From contig OX597819.1 in assembly GCA_951406725.2 (NCBI GenBank), positions 127,720,001 to 127,784,000 of the forward strand: 64,000 nt of DNA, in the 5' to 3' direction. The stretch's first letter is position 1. Each line of letters opens with the position of its first letter. Under the pieces are notes generated by a model. The model saw only the letters and a program-made list of their open reading frames with translations. It was not told the DNA's origin and searched no databases. Both the position numbers and the translations under genes were made by a program. The stretch comes from Octopus vulgaris (lineage: Eukaryota). Below are positions 24,390-37,961 of this stretch, one piece after another.

Positions 24390-25072
24390 ATTGTTATTCT
24401 TATTATTCATGTTTTGAGATATACATCAAGGCTTCCTTCTAAAATAATTAGGAACATCTTAGAAAACACACATAAAAATGTTCGGGGTTAACAAATGCTA
24501 TGTGAGAACACCCTAACAGTATTTTCAGAACCTAGTATTCCTATTTTCTGGAATGTGCCTATGTCTATCTTTGTCCAAGAATTTCTTCACGGTGGTGGTT
24601 GTGCATTACGCCACTTGTACCGATTTCACATTCTTTAAGTACCAAAGTACCATAACGCTTTTAGTTTATTAGTTAAGTCGCTATAGTTTCTTAGTTTTCA
24701 GCTAACTTCTACGCAACATTATGGTGATTTCGTGTAGCAACGCCGGTAAATAATACACGGCTGTACTTTTTGACTTGGAAAACGATGTTGGATTATTTTG
24801 TGGTTTCCTAAATCTGTCTCCAAACTAAAGTTCCGCAATATTACTCCATTGTCCTTTCCTAACACAAGTGGAGCTTTTCTTTGAAGGAAAGTTTATGAGT
24901 ATGTAGACTGTCTTTGTTACAACATGGTGTCATATTCAATTCTACTTTGCTAGAGCTTATAAGGGACATCCTGAGACAATGTGGTGCATTGCTTCAGAAA
25001 ACACAATACAAAGGTAACGTTTGTGAACAATGCTGGAGGAATTGTGGATATTCCTTTCAGTATACCTGGGGT
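24390..25072 (-). mobile_element. highly degenerate R4/Dong-like RLE LINE 3' fragment
   Basis: minus: CYLC..SEAMHHIVSGCP and IDIGTFQKIGILGS..VR; ends in degenerate ATT repeats. Confidence 0.65.
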
Positions 25073-25075
25073 TCT

Positions 25076-25290
25076 AAGGCGGCTAACTAGCAAAATCGTT
25101 AGAACTCCGGGCATAATGCTTAGCGGCATTTCATCCGTCTTTACGTTCGGAGTTCAAATTCCACCGAAGTCGACTTTGCTTTTCATCCTTTCAGGATCGA
25201 TAGAATAAGTAACAGATGAGTTCTGAGGTCGATGTAATCAACTTACCTACTCCCCAAAATTGCCGGCCTTGTGCCAAAATTTGAAATCAG
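25076..25290 (+). mobile_element. SINE A, older variant with the second tail type
   Basis: aaggcggctaactagcaaaatcgttag...ggccttgtgccaaaatttgaaa. Confidence 0.8.
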
Positions 25291-26302
25291 TATATCTAGT
25301 GGTGTTGGCTGCTCCGATATTGTCAATGTAGTGGATATTCTTGCCCCATTCAAGCTGGATTCAGTCATCTTGACCATATAAAAGCATTACTTTATAATGA
25401 CTTAACCTGGCTCGAAATATATGAGAAGCTAACTATACTTTTAGCCATCTACTGAGTTCTAGTTTTATCTGTTTTGCCAAATCTTTTTTTTTATATATTT
25501 TCATATGAGTTCATTGCAATTTGTTTGAACTAATAAGGATCCAAAATCTATATTGAACATTTATAGACTTTTATTGAATCATTTTCAAGACGGGAGAATG
25601 GTGTACGTTATGTGATTTTGTGTAGAGATTATTATCAGAGTTTTAATTTTGACTGTAAAATTTACGCATCATCAGTGAGGTGCCTTTCTGTTACTCTTAA
25701 AGCCAGGATCTTTTCGGCGCCCCTTGTATATATTTTGATGCACATAAGTAAGAGTAAATATATACGCCTGCGCACAGGCATACAATATTTACATATGTAT
25801 TTCTGAACATCTACGCACAGCATGTTTGTACAGTTATAAAAGCACCACAAGCACTCACACACACACACACACGTATACATACAATGACATATATTTGTAT
25901 ATCTAACCATGTGCTGACAGGTAAGGCGCTAATTAGTACTTTGTTAACGCTATTTAAAATGTTGATGTTAAGTTTATTTAACATGAGTTTTGCAAAGTGA
26001 ATTTACTTTGATGGCGAGGACATAGATACAGTTCATCGTAGAGGGTAATTGAACTGGTGCTTAATGTTCATTTTAAAGGAGAAAACAATTACTAGAGCAA
26101 TATAGCATAAGAGGTACGAGTCAAAACATCGAGTTAGGAAAGGTTTTATACTTATAATATCTAATTGAGTCAAATCTAGTTCAAAAGGGTGAAAAGTGAA
26201 ACTAAAATAACGTGGGGTGAAGATAAAACAGAGGATAGGAAATAAGTATATTTAGATATAGGAGAACTAGATTACTTTGCTGCACGAAGTAATATCATTT
26301 AT

Positions 26303-26714
26303 AGGATTTTTTCGGTTTGACCGGCAGTTTTTAAAAAATAATATCCACGTAACTAAACACTTTCAAACTTCGTATACTGGTAGGATATGTTTATAAAACA
26401 TCTTTTTCTCTTGGCTTTATTGAGAAAATTCTAAAGATTGTAAGATATTTGTTGTTTTTTTTCTTCAATTTCTGCAATTTCAACCAATCAATGACGTCTA
26501 TTGAGGTGAAAACATTCTGTGTCGTATGAATATGTCCCTCGTTTAAGAAACAGATTGGGTTTATTTACATTTCTGAAGAAAAAAAGATACCCTTCCCCCA
26601 CCCTAACCCTAAAACAGATTGTAATGCAATAGATCGATACTAGGGTCATAATTATGGGTGATAATTTCATATGACATCGCTAGAAAAAACTGCCGTTCAA
26701 ACCGAAAAGATCCC
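26303..26714. mobile_element. MITE with ~29-bp TIRs and atttat duplication
   Basis: ggattttttcggtttgaccggcagttttt / aaaaactgccgttcaaaccgaaaagatccc; atttat at 26297 and 26715. Confidence 0.85.
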
Positions 26715-26913
26715 ATTTATATAGTCTAAGTTTGTGGAAATTAGCGTACATACGCTAAGTTCAAAGTCTTTGACGTGCAGTATTTATAAGTGTCTTCATA
26801 CTAAATAACGTTGGCAATTAACTATGCATTGCTGCTTTATTTTGATGACCTGGAGTATCTAGTGATTGAGCAACATTCTTTGTAACTATTACCGTATAGT
26901 ATATCATACTAGT

Positions 26914-27190
26914 GGAGGCGCAATGGCCCAGTGGTTAGGGCAGCGGACTCGCGGTCGAAGGATCGCGGTTCCGATTCCCAGACTGGGCGTTGTGAGTGTT
27001 TTTTGAGCGAAAACACCTAAAGCTCCACGAGGCTCCGGTAGGGGATGGTGGCGATCCCTGCTGTACTCTTTCGCCACAACTTTCTCTCAATCTTTCTGGT
27101 GGCCTGCTCGCCTAGCCAGCGGGATTGCGCATTGTGACCAGCGATGTGTAGCAACATCTGATAACCTGATCGGTCACGGTGATCACGGTG
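26914..27190 (+). mobile_element. SINE C with tail type 3 (RTE-derived) and 13-bp TSD
   Basis: TSD atatcatactagt at 26901-26913 and 27191-27203; ends in repeated tcacggtga. Confidence 0.9.
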
Positions 27191-27667
27191 ATATCATACT
27201 AGTATACTTTATGCAATTATAAAAATTTACAAATGAATTTCCAGTTTTATTTTGATATTAGATACACACAAACACTAAAGTTCGCATAAAAACATGTACC
27301 TCAGCTTGTATTTATATTTGTGTGAATACCTTTGCGTAAAAGTGTGCGTCAATATTTATCCGTATGAAAACGTATATCCACAAACACACACACACATATA
27401 CATATATACATACATACACACAAGGTAGTATATTATCTTTGTATTATTTATACAAGTGGAAGTCTATATCTATCAATCCATCTATCTACCTATCCGTTCC
27501 TATATCTATCAGTCTATTTATTTGTTTGTGTGTGGGGGTTTGTGTGCATATATGTGTGTATTTCTGAGTATGTATATGTCTTGAGTGTGTATACGTATAT
27601 GTATACGTATATATATGTATGTGTATAAGACTTATTAGATTCCCACCTGATTCATTAGTTCGGTACT

Positions 27668-27713
27668 ACTTGCTGACGAGACAATGGTTTCGAAACACCG
27701 GCTATCCCAAAGT
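27668..27713 (+). ncRNA. degenerate hammerhead-like motif
   Basis: acttg CTGACGA gacaatggtttc GAAAC accggcta tc ccaaagt. Confidence 0.4.
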
Positions 27714-27884
27714 TTCTTGCATTGATTAATTGAGATTATTATGCCTACATATTTGTCGTGAAGCATAAGCTGTTCTCCTGTGATGAAACTCATCAGCAAT
27801 TATCATATTGACATTCAAATCCGCCACAATAAATATGCAAAACATCATTTAGATTCTCACAGAATACCGTGCCTAAGACGATTT

Positions 27885-29285
27885 ATTATTATCATTATTA
27901 TTCTTATTATTTATTGTCTTTGCACTGCTTCTAACGGTGAAGATTACTAGGGTACCAGCGGTTCACTACCAGTGAACTAAAGTAATACCCCTTATTGTTC
28001 GAACACCATCTGGGGTTTTCGAGTGGTTCCAAGCAGTGCTGTTTTTTGCAAGTGCCACATCCTTATTGCAGCCCGTGTTTGTTCCACGTATTTCTCGAGA
28101 TTTTTCTCACAGTTCCCAAGGCTACGACAAATTTTGGTACTACTACCACCTTTTTCATTGGCCACAACTGCTTAACCTCCCAAGCTAACCTGCCATATAT
28201 ATCGACTTTTCTTTCTTTCTTATCGCATACTTTGTTGTCAGGTAGGCATGCTATATCTATGATATCCAGCATCGTTTGCTTTCTTTCTCAATTATCACTA
28301 TATCTAGGTTCCTATTCTCTATCACATGGTCGCACTGAATCATAAAATCCCATACCATTTTTGCATTATCATTTTCGATGATACCTTCAGATTTATGTTC
28401 GTACCACTTTTTTGCTCTGTCAAGTCCATATTCGTTGCAAAGTGTCCAATGGACAATCCTTGCTATTTTGCCATGACGTCTCTCATATTCTTTGTGGGTT
28501 AGTGGCATACATTGACTGGTACTATGTCATACACTTTCACCATTTGTCCACATATTCTGCACTTATCACTTTCTGGTGTGTTGTCTATTCTGTGTTTGAT
28601 GTAATTGGTTTTTAGTGCTTGCTCTTTGCTCTTTGTAAGCCGTGATTTGTAAGCAGTGCTCCCAATGGATCATTCCCCACCACATTTTCATTTCGTCTTT
28701 TCTATTCGTGTTGTGCCAATCTCGGGTTTTCGCTTATGATGCGTCATACAGTTTCACCCCTCTCGCCACACATTTCGCATTTATCGCTGTCGGTAGTGTT
28801 GTCGATTCTGCACTTCACATAGTTAATCCTTAACGCTTGCTCTTGAGCTGCACATACAACTGCTTCTGTCTCTACCTTCAGGTCACTCCACCTCATCTAT
28901 AGCCACTGTCCTTCTGTATCTGTCATGGCATTTGTATCTCTTGCAGATTGACCATACATTTTTTTTCTTTTTCCATGTTGTTTCTTTTTTGTGATTTTTC
29001 CTCTTTAGGTTTTTCTTTCTTTACATAATTATCAGTTTTAATGACGCCGGCCGCCTCCACATATTTCAACAATGGTTCCACAGTATTTTTTCATTCCATG
29101 CTAAGCTGTTATCCTCTGCTTTGATACAATCCTGGCAACCGATTAAGCCTCTCCCACCCTTTCTTCTCGACACGTACAGCCTATCGGTGTCACTCTTAGG
29201 GTAGAAGGTTCCGTGCACTGTCAACACTTTTCTTGTCTTCGTATCCATTTTCATGAGTTCTTTCCTTTGATATACTATAATTCCA
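27885..29285 (-). mobile_element. R4/Dong-like RLE LINE fragment(s): RT end, CCHC finger, restriction-like endonuclease
   Basis: PKSDTDRLYVSRRKGGRGL; DLKVETEAVVCAAQEQAL; KEYERRH..ARIVHW; WDFMIQCDHVIENRNLDIVII; IDIAC. Confidence 0.9.
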
Positions 29286-29397
29286 TTATTATTATTATTA
29301 TTATTATTATCATTATTATTATTGTTGTTGTTGCTGTTGTTGTTGTTGTTGCTTTTGTTGTTGTTGCTGTTGTTGCTGTTGTTATTATTATTATCAA

Positions 29398-29470
<73 letters not shown>

Positions 29471-29554
29471 ATTATTATCATCATAATCATCATCCACATC
29501 ATCATCATCATCCACATCATCATCATCATCATTATCATTATTATTATTATTATT

Positions 29555-29583
<29 letters not shown>
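29285..29583. repeat. (ATT)/(GTT)/(ATC)n microsatellite
   Basis: direct reading. Confidence 0.95.
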
Positions 29584-29585
<2 letters not shown>

Positions 29586-29587
<2 letters not shown>

Positions 29588-29985
29588 GGCGGTGAGCTGG
29601 CAGAATCGCCAGTGTGTCAAGAAAAATGCTTAGCAGCATTTCTTCCGGTTAATTATGTTTTGAATACAAATTCCATCGAGGTAAACTTCGAATTTCATTT
29701 GTTTTGGAATCGATAAATAGGTACCAGACATATACCTATTTCTTTATTACCCACAAGGGGCTAAACACAGAAGGGATAAACAAGGACACACAAAAAGATT
29801 AAGTCGATTACATCGACCCCAATGCGTAACTGGTACTTAATTTAACGACTCCGAAAGGATGAAAGGCAAAGTCGACCTCGGCAGTATTTGAACTCAGAAC
29901 GTAACGGCAGACATATTCTGGAGTTGATGCAATCGACCATTCCCTTCCTCCAAAATTTCAGCCTTCGTTCCAATAGTAGAAAGGT
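29586..29985. mobile_element. SINE A pieces in both orientations (+ 29586-29727, - 29732-29912, then variant tail)
   Basis: alignment by eye to the other A copies. Confidence 0.8.
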
Positions 29986-30534
29986 TTATAACTATCATTG
30001 TTGTTGTTGTCGTCGATGTTGTTGTTGTTGCCATGACAGCTATTGTTGTTTTGGGGGTTAGAGATGGTTGCAATCCTAGTAATGGTAATGATAATGATGG
30101 CAATGATTTTGGATTGGTTTTCGTGGTAATGATAGCGGGAGGGATACGTTTCGTTGCTAAAAGCGGTGACGTTATTGCTGTTGGTGTTATGGTGATGGTC
30201 GAATTGGTACGGCAGAGGTGGTGGTGGTGGTGGTGGTGGCGGTGGTGGTGGTGATGCTGGTTGCAGTAATGTTAGTGGTAATAATGACGGTAGTGATGGT
30301 GGTGGTGGTGGCGGTGATAATGGCTATGGTGTTGGTGGTGGGGATGGTGCGATTTATTTTTGACTGTTTCCTCCAAGAATTGTATTTCCGTTTAAAATCA
30401 ATTTCCTTTAATTTAAACTCAAATATAATTCATGGAAAATGGCAATGTCGACAAGTCTAGAAATTCAGCCAATCGGTAAATTATTCTACACCTGACTTAC
30501 TGATGCAGCCATTGTTGAAGTCGTCGGATTTGTT

Positions 30535-30698
30535 GTCATTGCTGCTGCTGCTGTTGTTGTCCTTCTTCTTCTTCTTCTTCTTCTTCTTCTTCTTCTTCTT
30601 CTTCTTCTTCTTCTTCTCCTCCTCCTCCCCCTCATTCTTCTGCTTCTTCTCCTCCCCCCTCATTCTTCTTCTTTTTCTTCTTCCCCTTATTATTATTA

Positions 30699-30768
<70 letters not shown>

Positions 30769-30792
30769 GATTACTATTATTATTATTATTAC

Positions 30793-30828
<36 letters not shown>

Positions 30829-30897
30829 GATTATTATTATTCTGCTACTGTTGCTGCTTATAGTTGTTGTTGTTGTTGTTGTTGTTGTTGTGGTAGT
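30535..30897. repeat. (CTT)/(ATT)/(GTT)n microsatellites
   Basis: direct reading. Confidence 0.95.
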
Positions 30898-31164
30898 TAC
30901 TTCATAGTGTGGGTCAAAATATGTTTGTTTATATAGAAGTTGTGTACGTGGACAGTGTTTCGCATGCGCGCTGCTGTCTGCAACATTCGTAAACATTATG
31001 CAAATTATGCAGACAGGAAGAAGTTTTAATCGATGACGAGATGGTAATTGCACATTATGGATACATTATACACATACATACTCGAATACATACCCGCATA
31101 CACGCACACATATCCATACAGCTCAATACGTACACACACATATGCATATATATACACACCCACA

Positions 31165-31198
<34 letters not shown>

Positions 31199-31261
31199 AA
31201 CACACACACACATATATATATGTGTGTGTGTGTGTGTGTGTATATATAGGTATATACTTAT

Positions 31262-31470
31262 GTGTATGTCTGTGTCTGTGTTTGTACCCCACCTGCCACC
31301 ACGAGATAACCGATGTTGGAGTGTTTACGTCCCCGTAACTAGCGGTTCGGCAAAAGCGACTGATAGAATAAGTACCAGGATTACAAAGAATAAGTCCAGG
31401 GCTCGACTTCTCGGACTAAAAGGCGGTGCTCATGACCCCAGTCAAATAACTGAAACGAATAAAAGAATAA
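31262..31470 (+). mobile_element. SINE B 3' half
   Basis: gtttacgtccccgtaactagcggttcggcaaaag...ctgaaacgaataaaaga. Confidence 0.85.
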
Positions 31471-31491
31471 CATTATTGTGTAACATATTTC

Positions 31492-31545
<54 letters not shown>

Positions 31546-31569
31546 TAAACATTAGAGATAGGCATCTAT

Positions 31570-31760
31570 CGCAACATGATTGTTACATACATATTAACTC
31601 CAAACACCCAGGAGTCATTATAAAATATTTAATACACGAAATATGTACAGAAATATCCAGGCTAGCTTTCGCTAGAACCATTTTTGAGTCCTCCCGTCCT
31701 TTACAATACAAAACTTCTACGAATCGATTCCAACTAAAAAACAATAGTTTACAATCTGCA
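31570..31760 (+). pseudogene. Penelope-like RT C-terminal/linker remnant
   Basis: YIHINSKHPGVIIKYLIHEICTEISRL...IF resembles the PLE Y-x-H-x-x-S-x-H-P motif. Confidence 0.6.
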
Positions 31761-32089
31761 TGCCTTCCAAAATAACAATTCCAGGCAGAATGCAATACAC
31801 CTTAACGCACTATACGTACAGTATGAATATATAGATTACCTGATTGTACTTTTTTTTCTTAAGCACTTACTTGTTAAAGCCACCCATTATAATGAAAATA
31901 TACCTTTTATAACTTAGAAGTGTGTAGCTTTTTCTTACATGTAAGCACTTTGATGAAAATTTACCCACTACATTTTACAAAATATTTTGCTACTATTAAA
32001 AGTGCTTCGGTACATTATTCTCCAAAAAGGTGCATGTCATCATAAAAATATTAACTCCTTCTAAAATATCTGCATCATGTCCCGTACGA

Positions 32090-32271
32090 GGTAATTTCTG
32101 CTCTTCTCCTCTGGAAGCCATCTACTCGCGATTCCAGAGGGCGCACACTCTCCTACCCTGATGTAATCTCCAGGGATACAGGCATCCAGCAACAGGACCT
32201 CCGTAATGCTATCTGGCGTAGCATAGTAAATTCCATTGTCTCGACCGCGGTCGAACAATGATGATGATGAT
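32090..32271 (+). mobile_element. RTE-X-like LINE 3' end
   Basis: reverse complement of 15307-15505 with a short deletion. Confidence 0.85.
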
Positions 32272-32461
32272 GTCCCGTAATTGCAATTACTAATATTTCT
32301 TATTCCCCGATTCAGAAAATGCCATCTTTCACCGTCATTCAAACATTTCTATTAGAACCAATAAATTTATATATTACTACCAAAAATAATAAATAATATT
32401 TTGTCCTACGTGTTACTATATTTAAAATATTTTCTGCACAGTCCTTATTTTCTTTACTTAT

Positions 32462-32841
32462 GGAAGCACTCCGTCGGTTACAACGACGAGGGTTCCGGTT
32501 GATCCGAATCAACGGAACAGCCTGCTTGTGAAATTTACGTGTAAGTGGCTGAGCACTCCACAGACACGTGCACCCTTAACGTAGTTCTCGGGGATATTCA
32601 GCGTGACACAGAGAGTGACAAGGCCGGCCCTTGAAATACAGGTACAACAGAAACAGGAAGTAAGAGTGAGAGAAAGTTGTGGCGAAAGAGTACAGCAGGG
32701 ATCACCACCATCCCCTGCCGGAGCTCGTGGAGCTTTAGGTGTTTTCGCTCAATAAACACTCACAACGCCCGGTCTGGGAATCGAAACCGCGATCCTATGA
32801 CCGCGAGTTCGCTGCCCTAACTACTGGGCCATTGCGCCTCC
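32462..32841 (-). mobile_element. SINE C with tail type 2 and 11-bp TSD
   Basis: tctttacttat at 32451 and 32845; C head joined to the tail also used by family E. Confidence 0.9.
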
Positions 32842-33423
32842 TTCTCTTTACTTATAGTTGTGTCATGAGATACATTATACAATTTTTTTTTATATTTTCA
32901 TGCATTGAAAATAATATATAATGGAACTGTATCCTGCTGAGTTAACTTTAACATACATACATCCGAAACTAACAGCGATGAATGAATCGTTAGAAATTCC
33001 TCTCTCTCTCTCCCTCTCTCTTCTCATATTCAACTTGTATCTTGACCTTACATATTTCTCCCTTTCTCCCTCTCAATCACTTTATTTCCTTTTCGGTCTT
33101 TCTCTCTCTCTCTCTCTCTCTCCCACTGATAATCTCTATTGAATTATATAAATCTTGTCGTTATTCACCCAAATTATTAGTTAATGAACTTCTGTAATGT
33201 TCGCAACAATTAACTTAGATCGTTTAATACGTAAATAATTATTACTTTTTAATAGTCTCTAATCCATACTATTGAGGAATCATTTTTCTGTTGAATTCGT
33301 TGTCTCTAATCCGACATGCTGATAGCAAAAGAATTTATTCAGTTTACAAATGTAATCAAACCCTTTAAAATGCTGTGTGTCTCTTACAGAATTACTTATT
33401 ATTATTTCTGATTCGACTGTAGC

Positions 33424-33492
<69 letters not shown>

Positions 33493-33508
33493 CATATATA
33501 CATACATG

Positions 33509-33565
<57 letters not shown>

Positions 33566-33681
33566 ATGCATGTTATGTATATGTATGTATGTATATATAG
33601 AAATATATACATCTATTTATCTCTGTGTGTGTGTATGTATATAAATATATATATATATACATGCGCGCGCACACACACACA

Positions 33682-34075
33682 TATTGGGCCATCCCATAAA
33701 TAATGGGGTTTTTTATACTCTTATTTTTCAAAATTAAGTTCTTTTCTAATCTAAAATAGACTGTCCCTCATTTCCTACAATGCTCTTCCATCTATCTGGT
33801 AGTCTTGCAAGGCCCAACTTCCAAAATTCACTTGTCGTGACGAAAAATACTCCTCCGCTACTGTTCTGACCTCGTCTACAGAATTCATATCTTTCCCGTC
33901 CAAATAAAGACTGAGGAATAAATGATAATCAGGTGGTGCAATGTCCGGCGAATATGGTGGGTGGGGTATCGTTACCCATTCAAACCGCTCCAACTTCTGG
34001 AAAGTCTTCCGGGCATTATCCTGATGGAAGAACACCTTCCGTCTTGAAACTAAAGACGGTCGTTTTTCTTCTAGT
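33682..34075 (-). mobile_element. mariner 3' fragment
   Basis: FFHQDNAR...PHPPYSPDIAPPDYHLF; TIR tattgggccatcccataaataat. Confidence 0.9.
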
Positions 34076-34174
34076 GCTCATTTGAATGACTGGTTTAATG
34101 ACCAAACTGTTAAAGTAATATCCATATTATTTATATACTTCTTTTCCTTCTTATTTTCCACCTTCTACTTCTTT

Positions 34175-34769
<595 letters not shown>

Positions 34770-34937
34770 GTTTTTTTTCTTCTTCTTTCAAATTTGCTTC
34801 CATTTCTTGCCGAGTGTCTTCCCGACTCCTAGGGCAAAGAAACTCATATTCTTATTATTATTATCATTATTATTATTATTATTAAAAGAATTAATTATAA
34901 AAAAATAAAAGAATTAATTATTATTATTATTATTATT

Positions 34938-35150
34938 AAGGCATCGAGCCGGTAAAATCGTTAGCACTACGGGAAAAATGCTTAGCGGCGTTTCGTCCGT
35001 CCTTACGTTCTGAGTTCAAACTCCGCCGAGGTCGCCTTTGCCTTTCATTCTTTTGGGCTGGATAAATCAAGTACCAGTAAAAACTATGGGGGTCGATGTA
35101 ATCGACTATTCCCCTCTCCACAAGTTTCCGGCCTTATGCCTTCAATAAAA
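34938..35150 (+). mobile_element. SINE A variant
   Basis: aaggcatcgagccggtaaaatcgttagc...ggccttatgcc. Confidence 0.8.
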
Positions 35151-35151
35151 A

Positions 35152-35520
35152 GCACGTACTCGTTCAGTATCCGGGCATTGCTGACTTGTGGGGTTATGTC
35201 GAACAGCTGCTGTCACGTGGAGGACGGATCCGTTTATCAGCCGAGTCTGTAGTGACAATTGCTCCGCTGTCCTCCTTCAATTAAGCAGCATGGCATTTTT
35301 TGTTTTGCCCGGTGGCTGTGGTGAAAGAGGTTGTTTTATGGTCTCGGAGAAAAGCATGAGGACAGATACAGTCCTCTTTGGTAGAATTCTCATTGACTTC
35401 TTCAAGTTTCACTTGAAAATGAAGTTAAGAGTGGAGAGGGAAGGCCGGAGAAGGAGCTGCCGGAGATTCCGAAGTCGTCTGGAGGATGTGGTTGAAGTGA
35501 ATGGCGATCTTATTGAATAA
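35152..35520 (+). mobile_element. L1/Tx1-like LINE ORF2 C-terminal fragment
   Basis: VQYPGIADLWGYVEQLLSRGGRIRLSAES...FFKFHLKMKLRVERE resembles the region after the zinc knuckle in Tx1-type ORF2. Confidence 0.6.
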
Positions 35521-35657
35521 ATTTACTCTTTACATTTCAAGATATATTTATGGAATCTTGGTTAAATATATCTGTTAAAATGGAATGTCAGTGTTATTTT
35601 CATTTTTGCGCAATTTGGACGACAGTCTATTCACCGCACTCTGTGTGTGTGTGTGTG

Positions 35658-35709
<52 letters not shown>

Positions 35710-35712
<3 letters not shown>

Positions 35713-35986
35713 TCTCTTTACTCTTTTACTGGTTTCAGTCATTTGACTGCGGCCATGATGGAGCACCGCCTTTAATCGAGCAACTCGACCCCGGGTCTTA
35801 TTCTTTTGTAAGCCCAGTACTTATTCTATCGGTTTCTTTCAGTTTCCGTCGACCAAATCTACTCACAAGGCATTGGTCGGCCCGAGGCTATAGTAGAAGA
35901 CACTTGCCCAAGGTGCCGCGCAGTGGGACTGAACCCGGAATCATGTGGTTGGTAAACAAGCTACTTATCACACAGCCACTCCTGCG

Positions 35987-35990
<4 letters not shown>
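35710..35990 (-). mobile_element. SINE B with internal deletion
   Basis: halves fused at ~35833. Confidence 0.9.
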
Positions 35991-36042
<52 letters not shown>

Positions 36043-36227
36043 TGTATGTATTGGGAAATCGTTTTAGTATGTTTTATTCACTATTTACCAATCACCTGTT
36101 TTGATATCATTATTCAGCAGAAAACGATTTTCAGCTCTAATGCAAACCTCACACACATATATAACATCCACATACGGATTTGGAATACTCAAATAAGAGG
36201 TACTTGCATTTTAACCCTCTCTACATT

Positions 36228-36324
<97 letters not shown>

Positions 36325-37863
36325 AACACACACACGCGCACAAGCATGTATGCATGAATATGCATATACGTGTGTATGCACGCATATAAAAGAAAATGTT
36401 CAAATCATACCCGGCGTTACGAACGAGCTTTATTTACTCGAAGAATCTCACCCGTATCCACATGCGTGCACAGTAATACTCACGTACCCGTAAACTCACA
36501 CATGCTCATATAATTACTGCGTTTCCTTTCCCTTCGTTTTAAAACAAACACAAGAAATACTTTAACTGTTTTCCTTCAATTTATTTATTACCGATAAAAT
36601 AAACCCTGGCCCTTTTGTTTGTTTTTTCCGATCGCAAGACGTAACCCTATCTTGATATGTAAAAATAAACTTTCAATTATTTTTTTTTTCTTTTGGTCTT
36701 GGCTTTGGATTTGTTGTTTCTTTTATGTTGTTGTTGTTGTAATGTTGAAAGTAGGGAAAATAACTTAAACTAATCTCATTACTCATTGCAAATAATTAAC
36801 TACTTTCCTTTCACTAAAGCTTTCTCGTACTTGAATATTTTAGATTGAAGCCTTTGATGTCGTGTTGTTATAAACTTGTAATAAATATAAAATGAACATT
36901 TACAGTTTCTGCGAGGATATTTAGTTAATCAAAAGGAATTATCTTTAAGGATAATAGTTTAAAATTATTTCAAGTAGATTACTTTTTCTCAATTAGGTTT
37001 TTGTGTTGTAACTTGAAATATTCCAAATATTTCAAAAGAAAACTTCAAGGTGATCGTTCGACATTCTATGAATAGCAGCAGCAAAATTTCCCCTCATTTC
37101 CAACCCCAATCTCCTACTCCAAGGGTGCAAGAAATATTAAAACCCTACATAGACCGTATCCGTAAAAAACAAGGCTGTTTCCAGTTGGTTGGCTTTCCTC
37201 AGATCAAAGCCAACATGACGCCAATCATAAACAGCATCCGAATGACATAAAAACACGGCTCAAATGAACGGGTTATAACACCATTGCTTTAATCACTCTC
37301 CAACTCCTGATGAAATTGTAGAAGCACCGTCGTGACAGACGTGTTGTTTTGGTATTTTAAGATCCGGCACAGCCCACCAACTTTCGAGTTTGGCTGCAGC
37401 AGGTTTCTTCCAGAAGAAGAACTGGGGCAGATAGACGGAAAGAATGAGAGCAGAGAAATATCACCCTCAGTACTTGACGAGGGATTTAGATAGATCGAAC
37501 AAGGAAGGTTGAAATATAAAGTTGACCGCGACAGTAATCGGACAATAATGCAGAGAGCCGGGACGTTCTAACTACTCTGGTGCCATCATTTTACTTGTAA
37601 TAGAAGCGGTAGCATTAGCCTATGTGGGTCGAGGTCGCTGGCACATAAACTGGCATAACAACACACTGCATAGCTATAATGCAAGAACATATTCTCATAT
37701 TGCAGCAAAAAGAACCGAAGTCAATTCATGAAACTGAAAAGTCTATAACCAACCGTAGAACTTACACAACAGAAACAAAAAGTATTAGAACGCAAATCGT
37801 CAAAATATTTCTGTTAGACTGGACAAACCAAAAGATAGTTACGGACACATAGTATATATATAT

Positions 37864-37961
37864 ATCACCGTGACAGACCAGGCTATCAGATGTTGCTACA
37901 CATCGCTGGTCACAATGCCCTTTGCATTGTTTTAGCCTTCAAATGACGCCACCCCGCTGGC
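37864..37961 (-). mobile_element. isolated tail type 3 (RTE-related)
   Basis: reverse complement matches 27115-27182. Confidence 0.8.

Noticed and set aside
25900-25926. Recursive splice site ctaac...cag|gtaag
   Set aside because: No polypyrimidine tract; expected by chance in 64 kb
30481-31053. ORF with a hydrophobic N-terminus (MQLPSRH...)
   Set aside because: Only about 50 non-repeat codons before trinucleotide arrays; no recognisable family
37905-37961. HDV-like ribozyme in tail 3 (gg..gaaggCTAA)
   Set aside because: P1, P3 and L3 could not be fitted consistently
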